This document shows positions 22,104-32,000 of a stretch of 32,000 nt of DNA, in pieces. Made by a program: the position numbers and the translations under genes. This DNA is from Zygophlyctis sp. KS116 (taxonomy: Eukaryota; Fungi; Chytridiomycota), in contig BAAFSQ010000051.1 of assembly GCA_054661495.1 (NCBI GenBank), positions 1 to 32,000 on the forward strand, in the 5' to 3' direction. Position 1 is the first letter of the stretch. Every line of letters begins with the position of its first letter. The notes under the pieces are model-generated. The model saw nothing but the letters and a program-made list of their open reading frames with translations. It made no database searches and was not told where the DNA came from.

Positions 22104-25100
22104 CTAATTGTTTTCTTTCAATGCAAACACTAGATCTTTTTCGCTGATTATATCATGGCTCTTGGGGTTTGTATAAACATATGAATTGTTTTCAGATCCA
22201 TGTCTATACAATCCTAGTATGATATATCCCTGATCTATGCAATAATTGTATAAATCACCATATTCACGTCCAATCATTACTGATGGGATCACAAGTTGTA
22301 CGATTTCAGAGCAGAGTCTAGTAATAACATCTATAATAAAAGGTCGGAAATATGATTGACATAGAAGTGAGTGCATTATTGAGGATACTGAAATCATTCC
22401 TGCTGAGAAATGTTTATCGAAATGATATGCAGGAAATGATGATAAGCCTGATTCATTCAGCTCGGCTTGCTCTAATAGATTTGAAACATACTGGGCAGAG
22501 ATGGACACGTCTGTATTAGGTCGAGATGCCAATTTTGTTTTAAATATCTTTTTATCTTCAGTTGGACTATCAGTTTCAGATTCTAAAAGTGGTTGAAAGG
22601 AAGGTGATGATTTGGAATTTGATGGTTCTCCAAGTAAAAATCTAGCGATTTGAAGCATTATTGGAACTTCAGAAGAACATTCCATTCTAACAGACAAGTA
22701 TTTAGATGGTCTTTCTTGAGAACTGATTTCATAATTGTTTAGAATTGATTGCATTCGTAAATTGGATGTATTCCATTCATAGTCCTTGTTAGAGAATAAT
22801 CGAGTATAAGATCCATCATTTAATTCAACAAGAAAAGGAATTGTTGGATAATTCTTTTTCAATAATTTCACAGTAAGGACAGATTTACTTTCAGATTCAA
22901 CTGAATTCTCCATGGATTTGTCTGAAAATATAATGACTCTTTTGCAACTTTTAACATATGCAAGAGAATGCGATACTAATTCATGTGAGTTCCCCTGTAC
23001 AAAGTAAACGGCTTTTAGATCAAGAACTTTTTCAAAATCTGGGTCTTGAGAGGTAGAAATTGAATCCAATATGCATACAATCGGTGTCATACTATGAGCG
23101 TTTTCAGAGGCATGTCTTGGATCGATTTGGCTATTCCGAATACATGATGCAAACGAATATATTTGATCCAAAGATTTAGTATTACATAAAACAATATGTG
23201 ACTTTAAATCAGCAGGGACATAAGTATACTTTCCATATATGTCATCAGCCTGGACTGGATCATTTAAGCCGTTTGAAATACCAGTTTCTGGATCTTCAGC
23301 TGATGGGACAAGTGCATTCGAATTTGCTGGCTGAGAATATTTTGATAGATTAGCGCTCCAATCTGGCCTTTTGTTATAGGAATAGTTTAGCATGGAAAAG
23401 ATGATGTCGCTTGATTCTGAAATAACAAGCGCAATATCTGTTTCCTTCAATTTATAGTTATCTCCCGGGTTTAATGAAATAGTTAAATTATTAAAGCCAG
23501 CCATCGTAGACATAACCCCGAAAATACATGCACCGTAATCAGCATATAATATTTTAGCAGCGACAGAAAATGAAATCCCAACCAGACCATGAGGAATACG
23601 GAACGATTCAATCTGATTAGCAGCGCCAAACTGGTACTCTTTTATCCAATCCTCATGATGAGTATCCAGTGAGGAATCTTGATATGAATTTACAAGATTC
23701 ATCAAAAGAGGTATTATTCCAGGCACAAGACTACTCCTCGCCATCAGCGACAATGAAAGATCTTCATAGCATAAAATACGGTCAGCGCCGCTACATTTGG
23801 CGATTTCAGCAGCCGATTTCTCTCTTATTTGAATAAAAATAGGTAGTCCTGGCTCCATATTCTTAATTTTTAGACTTTGCATCATGATGCTAGAATCAAG
23901 CTTTTGGGTTTCTTCTGAATTTTGAGTAGCCCCGATATTAAACAAAAATAAACCAGTAGCCTTATTTAATTTGAGTCTTTTTGAATTTATGGTATTTGAT
24001 ACGTCTGCTCTCAAATAAAAGATACGGTTTCTATAAAATGGATGATTCAGCAACCTTTTAACTTCCATAGTTGGCTCTTCAGTATGAGCAATTACAATAT
24101 GTCCATTGGGATCAGACACATAATATTCTCTACAAAAATCGACAATAGTATTGTAATTAAAATACCCGGACAAAATTACATGAGAATGAATATTAGTCCA
24201 GCCATACGAAGCTCTTTGAAAATGACTCATTGAATTGAAAAGTTCTGCTATTCTGCTTGTTTGCATTGGAATATAAATAATGACTATTATAAATAATATT
24301 GATTTATACCTAAAATGATCAGCATCATTACTACTACTCTACTTACGGTCGAAGTCGGCGTTAAATCTCCAAACCCAATTGTACTAGAGTTAAGAACTTG
24401 AAATGACTTACCTAAACGTGACCATGATATAGTATAAACTATCATGCCAATTTAGAAGAGAAGGAGCGCCTCCAGTATGGACTAGTGATTCCGTCGCATT
24501 GATAATACTTGCAGATAGAAACATAAAATTGAATAAATTTAAAGCGAAAAGAGTCAATTCCCTAGTATCTTCATTTTGCCAGAAGCTAAGCAATTTATAA
24601 GTCCTATTTATACGAGTTGCCTTAAAAATTCTAATCATTCCTATAAACCAAACATATTGACCAGGAACATTTGAAACAACAATAAATGGAGTTACAATTG
24701 ATAAAAGATCTATAAACGACTGCCAAGTAAAATAAACGGATAAAGCATCTTCAGCAGTGTATAATGAGAGTATGAAATCTACCAAAAAAATCCCTTTCAG
24801 TTAATATTGATACAATGTCCGGAAATAAATATAATATTTCCTAGAGAGAATAATTACCTGCATAAGCTAAGTCAATAGTTTTCACTAGTCTTCGCTGATT
24901 CCTTTCTTCCCTATGAGCTAAATACGTTAGCGTGACATAGTTAATAATTGAAAGAATTGTGACTAAAACTTGGAATACCATCCATATTCTACCAAATCTA
25001 GTCATTGTTAAATACTCTCTGACTGCTCTTGGTGATAAATATGCCTTATAAAACTTGTATATTCTCCTGCTCCTACTAGAATAGCCTGTGGTAGGCACAT

Positions 25101-25362
25101 CTTGAATCTCAAAAGTCTCCATATGAGCAGTCTTTTTGACCTTTTTCTTCTTTCTTTTAAATCCCAATTCGACCCATGGATCCACTTCTTTTCCAGAGTT
25201 CTTCTTGAATGTCGAACGATAAGCCCATTTAGTCAATCGAAATAGAATGATTAATGCTGGAACAATAACGAATGGTGTAAATAGAACTATTAGAGATTGC
25301 GTCAAATCCCCATCAAATGGTCCATCTTCAATGTCCGGAATTGATGTATCATTGGAATTCAT
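22104..25362 (-). CDS. Slo/BK-family potassium channel (S0-S6 plus two RCK domains); 4 exons
   Basis: S4-like RIFKATRINR; pore YYIMVTF|STIGFGDLTP; RCK motifs HVILSG, ADRILC.E.L..LMARS.LVPG..L..NL, W..EY..G..N, HIVLC, F.AG and L.Q.YF. Introns 24794-24857, 24384-24411 and 24284-24309; first ATG at 25362. Confidence 0.85.
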
Positions 25363-25416
25363 CTGATTATCGTTTAACAAATATCCCGATCTAGTGACTT
25401 AGGAAATTTCCATCTG

Positions 25417-26092
25417 ATGAATAAACCAGCTCCACCGTCCAGGACTGGACTTAAGAATGTTCATGTAGTACAGGCCAATTGCTCTTATCAAGCACAGACT
25501 TCAGAAGAGTTGTCATTTGAAGACGGTGATACCATTCTTGTCTTACAAATGGCTGATCAGTTTTGGTACTATTATATGAAATAAATCCAAAGGAAATGTA
25601 GAATCGGACAAAAAGAGGGGAATATACCTGCAAGCTTATTAAGTCAAGAAGCAACTGTTGAGAATGCATTACATGATGCTTGTAAACGAGGTAATATTGG
25701 GTTAATTACAGAATTGTTGGAACAAGGAGCATCTGTGAATGGTATTGCTGCATAATTATTTATCATTAGGATTGGATAAAGTTGGGAATACGCCTCTGCA
25801 TTGGGCTGCTCGTTCCAAACATGTAGAAGCAGTCCAGATTCTTTTGGCAAAATCGCCACTAATAAATGCTCAAAATAAAATGGGTGACACACCTGTACAT
25901 TCTGCTTGTTGGGGTGGATCTTTGGATATTGTAAAGATGATGGTAGGAGTTTCTGGAATCAAATTACATTTAAGAAACAAAAACAATCAAGTGCCACTTG
26001 ATTTAGCCAAGAATGATGAAATTGCTGCATTCCTGATTCAATATACAGGTCAAAAGACAAATGTCCAAGACTTGGAAGGGGATGATGATTAA
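25417..26092 (+). CDS. OSTF1: SH3 + ankyrin-repeat protein, osteoclast-stimulating factor 1 homolog; 3 exons
   Basis: Pro-rich start MNKPAPPSR; SH3 (Y.AQ..EELSFEDGD...W|KCR...EG.IP); ankyrins (LHDACKRGN, VNG|LDKVGNTPLHWAA, QNKMGDTPVHSACW); acidic tail. Introns 25566-25592 and 25742-25769. Confidence 0.85.
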
Positions 26093-26150
26093 AAAGATAA
26101 AATATAATATTCTCAAATGCTGATTTATTTTTCTAAAGAATCAATCATGC

Positions 26151-28228
<2,078 letters not shown>

Positions 28229-28347
28229 TGATAAAAGTCGGTTAAATAAACAAACAAAAACAATGTGCGCCTCTAGTGGTGGCGTGGTGACATCAATGAC
28301 TTGTCATTCTTGTGTGGGAAAGATTCTTTTTGCTAGACTTACTATTG

Positions 28348-30580
28348 ATGGAAGGTAAAACACCGAAAGCATCTCCAAGGTATATATTCAAGTACGTTTA
28401 TTTTAGATGGTTTCATGCAACTGATGTTCCAAAATCGGACGGAACTCCATACAAATTTAAAAGCCCAAGGTCTCAAACGAAAACTCTTCCCAGTAGTTGG
28501 TATTACCTATTTATATTCATATTAGGAAGTCTTTTAGTGATAAGGATAATGATTCTATTGAGGCTGCATTCCAGCTGAAGAAGGCAGTGAAGCTTCCAGT
28601 TGGTCCTGATAAATTGTTTGAGGCGGATATAGCTCAAAGAGAATATTATCCAGGTACTTCAAAGTTATAATTTTTAGTATACTGGAGTGGGCCAGTCTTT
28701 GAAATTCGAAGATCATCATGGTTTATAAAAGCATCGACCGATTTCCAGCCTTGCGATGAAAATCTTTCTCGACAGCTTGAGGATGGTTATAGAAAGTTTA
28801 CACCATGGAAAGGTGTTGATTTGGCAGCACAAAAGCGTTGGGCTCTCTTTGGTCCTTACATGAATCAATTGGTTCTATACGCGAATGCGAGCGAGGCTTG
28901 GTTGCAGACTGATGGAGTTTCAGGAAAATTGGCTAGAGCAGTCAATCTGGTAATTATCATTTGAATTGGTTTTCTTATATATAGTCCGGTACAAGACTTA
29001 TACGAGGCTGGGATGAAGTGATTTCATTTGAAGAAAAAAAGGGCAGAAGGGAGAGTATATCTACGCAAGGCTCTTTAAAAGATGTCAACGAAAACGCTTC
29101 TACATCTCCTACAGGTGGAGCTTCCAAGGCAGAATCCGAAATTGAGGATGATTCAGAAGATAGACCTATAGATCACTTGGTGTTTGTAATTCATGGGTAG
29201 AAATAGCTTTTGATAATCAATAGAATCGGACAAAAACTCGGAGAGAGAATTGAATCTGTAAATATAGTTAATGGTAATTATATGAAATTGATTTTTAGAC
29301 TGTTCAATCTTGCGTCAAACTCTTAAGTCTTCATCAAAAAAAATTAATAAACTTCAAGAGCATACTAGTGGCATTCCAGAAGGCGGCGGGATTCAGGTTT
29401 TACCGATAATGTGGAGGCAAATCGAAGAACTGAATGTAAATGTAAAGCATGAATACACTCCAAAGTCATTGAATCACGAAAAATCTGTCAAACTTGAAGA
29501 CATAACTTTGGAGACCGTGCCTTCTATCAGAACGCTAGTGTCTGATGTAGTATTGGATGGTATATTTGTTTATTTGTTTCTTAATTTTTAGTTTTGCTCT
29601 ATATGACTCCCAAATACCGCCAAGAAATGCTTAGTCATATAACCAACGAATGTATTTTTAAACAACTTACATATAGTGAATCGTATATACAAGCTCTACA
29701 AGGAAAGGAATCCAAACTTTCATGGCAAAGCTTCAGTATACGGACATTCATTAGGATCAGTGCTCGCATTGGATATTCTCAGTCACCAGAAAAATATAAA
29801 ACATCCCATTGAAAAGCAGATCCCAGAAGTGGACTTGAGTGATTTACTCATAAATGGCTCCTTGCCAAATTTAAGTGGAATGATGAATAGGACAGAAATT
29901 CTCTATAAAAAGTTAGATTTTGAAGTTGAGCACTTTTTCGGTAAAAAATTTATATCATCTCATCAAAAGCCGTTGGATCTCCGATAGGACTTTTTCTTTT
30001 GCTTCAAGGCAGCAAGCTAAATTTCGATTCTGATTATAAGGCAGCTCAGGAAGAAACAATCACACGCCCATTAGTAAAACATATGTACAATATCTTTCAT
30101 CCAAATGATCCAGTTGCATTCCGTATCGAGCCGCTTTTTGATCCTAGATATAAAGGTATTCCGGCATATCCTATTCAGTATACAAAAGGCGGAATAACAC
30201 AAACATTAGCAGGAATTTCTACTTTGAAAAATAAGGTTGTGGAAAAAACTCAAAACATAATGACTGGTCTTGTCAATTCTACTACTGATATGGTATTTAG
30301 TGCCGCGATATCCTCATGGTTTCATGGTCCTACATCCCCAAAAGATTTCGAAATTCAGCGGGCCCCTTCGCTAGAATCTCCAGCGACATCTATTCCAGTT
30401 GATTGGCAGCCTGATGTTTTTAATCCAAACTTCAGATTAGATTTCATGTTACATGGGGATATTATTGATAATCCTTATTTATCAGCCTTAAGTGCTCATA
30501 CTTATTGGGATGAACAAGACACATCTATATTCATTCTTAACCAATTGTACGATCCAAGAAATATCCAACTAAAAAAATAA
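28348..30580 (+). CDS. DDHD-domain phospholipase A1 (PA-PLA1, yeast DDL1-like); about 10 exons
   Basis: WFHATDVPK, YP|VYW.GP.FEIRRSSWF, HLVFVIHG|IGQK, QVLPI.WR, ITL..VP..R....D..LD|VLLYM, lipase GHSLG, FA|VGSPIG, YNIFHPNDPVAFRIEPL and SAHTYW. Nine GT-AG introns of roughly 25-35 nt. Confidence 0.9.
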
Positions 30581-30684
30581 ATAATCTAGAAAATATTTCT
30601 TACTTTGAGATACAAGTATATCAAAAAACAGATATTATAATTTTTTTTATGCCAATATGTAAAAGTATGTTTTTTCCGTGTTCA

Positions 30685-30758
30685 GCTTTGTTAGCTCAGC
30701 TGGTTAGAGCGTTCGACTGTTAATCGAGAGGTCAGAAGTTCAATCCTTCTACGAAGCG
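30685..30758 (+). tRNA. tRNA-Asn (GTT), intronless
   Basis: Acceptor stem GCTTTGT/ACGAAGC, D arm GCTC..GAGC, anticodon arm TTCGA-CT GTT AA-TCGAG, T arm AGAAG-TTCAATC-CTTCT. No encoded CCA; T-runs downstream fit a Pol III terminator. Confidence 0.95.
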
Positions 30759-30799
30759 TTTCTTTTACATTTTTTATTTTCGTTTTCGGGAAATTTGTA

Positions 30800-31709
30800 A
30801 TGAAAGTAGATGATATTCTAGAGACTGGAACAACTCTAAAGAGATCGAAAGAAGAGTCTCGAGAAAATTTTATTATAAGAATTAATCATATTTCTCTTAC
30901 TCTGAAGAAAATCGAATCTATGAATGGAATTCAGTTTTGTAAAAATCTAAAAATCCTTGATCTCAGCGAAAACAAAATTTCCAATATTTCCCATTTAAAA
31001 GACTGCAAGATGCTTACAAGCCTTTATTTACAAAATAACTGCATTCAAGAGATCAGTGGACTAGATGATTTACCTTTAAAAGTCCTAAATTTAAGTTGTA
31101 ACTCTATATCTCACGTGTCCGGACTAGACAATTTAAAAGATTTAGAAATTTTAACCTTGGATCAGCAAAATATTACAAACCCAATGACATTTGATCCTTA
31201 TAGCCTTGAAGCTCTTCAATCTCTTAAATATTTATCATTGATTCAATGTCAATTGATTAATATTGAAACTTTATCATTACTACAAGATTTACGTAATCTA
31301 AATCTCGTAAACAATAACATTGACTCTATAAATCAATTAGAATTTGTAGTTTCCTCTTGCAAGAAACTGAAAGATCTTAAAGTAACATTAAACCCTATTT
31401 CTTCAAATATTAGATTATTTGAAAGACTTGCCGTTTCTAATGAATCTTTAGAAACGATCAATGATCGAAAAATTACTCAAAATTCTAGAATTTTTATGAA
31501 AAATAAGATGAAGATTAAGAAATCTAAAAAAACTCTAGTTCACTCAATGGTCAAGACTGGTCGAACCTCACCCAAGCCACTACCACATCTACCACCGTAT
31601 GCAACACAGTACCGGTAATTGAAATATCATTAATAATAGAGATCTATTGATATCGCACTTGGGACAATCTTCCCAAGATTCAGCATCTGCATCTGCAGCA
31701 GAAAAATAA
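30800..31709 (+). CDS. SDS22-type leucine-rich repeat protein, PPP1R42/LRRC67-like; 2 exons
   Basis: LRRs of the form L..L.L..N.I..I; HISL..KKI near the N-terminus, LYLQNNCIQEISGL, and an LRRcap-like end (NPIS...L..IN.R.IT...R.F). A 25-nt intron at 31615-31639; stop at 31707-31709. Confidence 0.65.
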
Positions 31710-31726
31710 AAATAAAAAATAAAAAA

Positions 31727-32000
31727 ATGAAACGTGTAATTTCTTCCATTTCTAGTCTTGTCAATGGCATTAGCGGATATGATCAAGTTCTTTCAAAGAA
31801 ATTGCTTGTCTCTGAAAAAGATTTAATTCTAAAAAACTGCAAGGCAAACTTGAAAGCATCAAAACTAAATTATACAAATCATTTTGAAGATCGACTTAAA
31901 ACTCAAAAAGAAATTCATTCCCTTTTACAGCGACAGTCTTCATGGTCATCGACAGATCTTGTACATTTTACTAATCTCTATAAAAAAGATTTAGATCTGG
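31727..32000 (+). CDS. SHE9: 5' part of mitochondrial inner-membrane protein She9/Mdm33
   Basis: Frame open from ATG 31727 to the window end: VNGISGYDQV..K...QKEIHSLLQRQSSWSSTDLVHFTNLY. This matches the She9 signature N..TGY and Q.EV..LLQRK.SWS..DL..FT.LY. Confidence 0.75.
   Translation, partial: MKRVISSISSLVNGISGYDQVLSKKLLVSEKDLILKNCKANLKASKLNYTNHFEDRLKTQKEIHSLLQRQSSWSSTDLVHFTNLYKKDLDL

Noticed and set aside
28266-28282. CTCF-like site (reverse complement CCACCACTAGAGGCGCA)
   Set aside because: CTCF is animal-specific; the resemblance is treated as coincidental.
30685-30758. tRNA as an integration site for a mobile element
   Set aside because: No duplicated tRNA 3' end or integrase nearby; the flanks are ordinary genes.

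Overview
Gene-dense, AT-rich eukaryotic nuclear DNA in the standard genetic code, not prokaryotic. Fungal-type genes (APSES/KilA-N factor, SHE9, SIW14, fungal-type DDHD lipase) co-occur with flagellar genes (IFT80, CFAP99, RP2, PPP1R42-like), which points to a zoosporic (chytrid-like) fungus (inference). The ORF track is fragmented because genes are split by very small GT-AG introns. I reconstructed about 56 by hand; nearly all are 23-35 nt, with two outliers of 49 and 64 nt. Most intergenic spacers are 4-120 bp. The window holds about 19 protein genes and one tRNA-Asn. The most unusual part is a ~10.6 kb block (250-10823) between housekeeping genes. It encodes a ~2675-aa double helicase (SEN1/Upf1-like motor, putative RelE-like linker, TRANK1/UvrD-like motor, TPR-like helical tail), followed directly by a recent tandem duplication of an intronless papain-like Cys peptidase with no signal peptide. 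This is a candidate fungal innate-immunity sensor/effector locus (hypothesis only). All family calls come from motif recognition; no database search was run.
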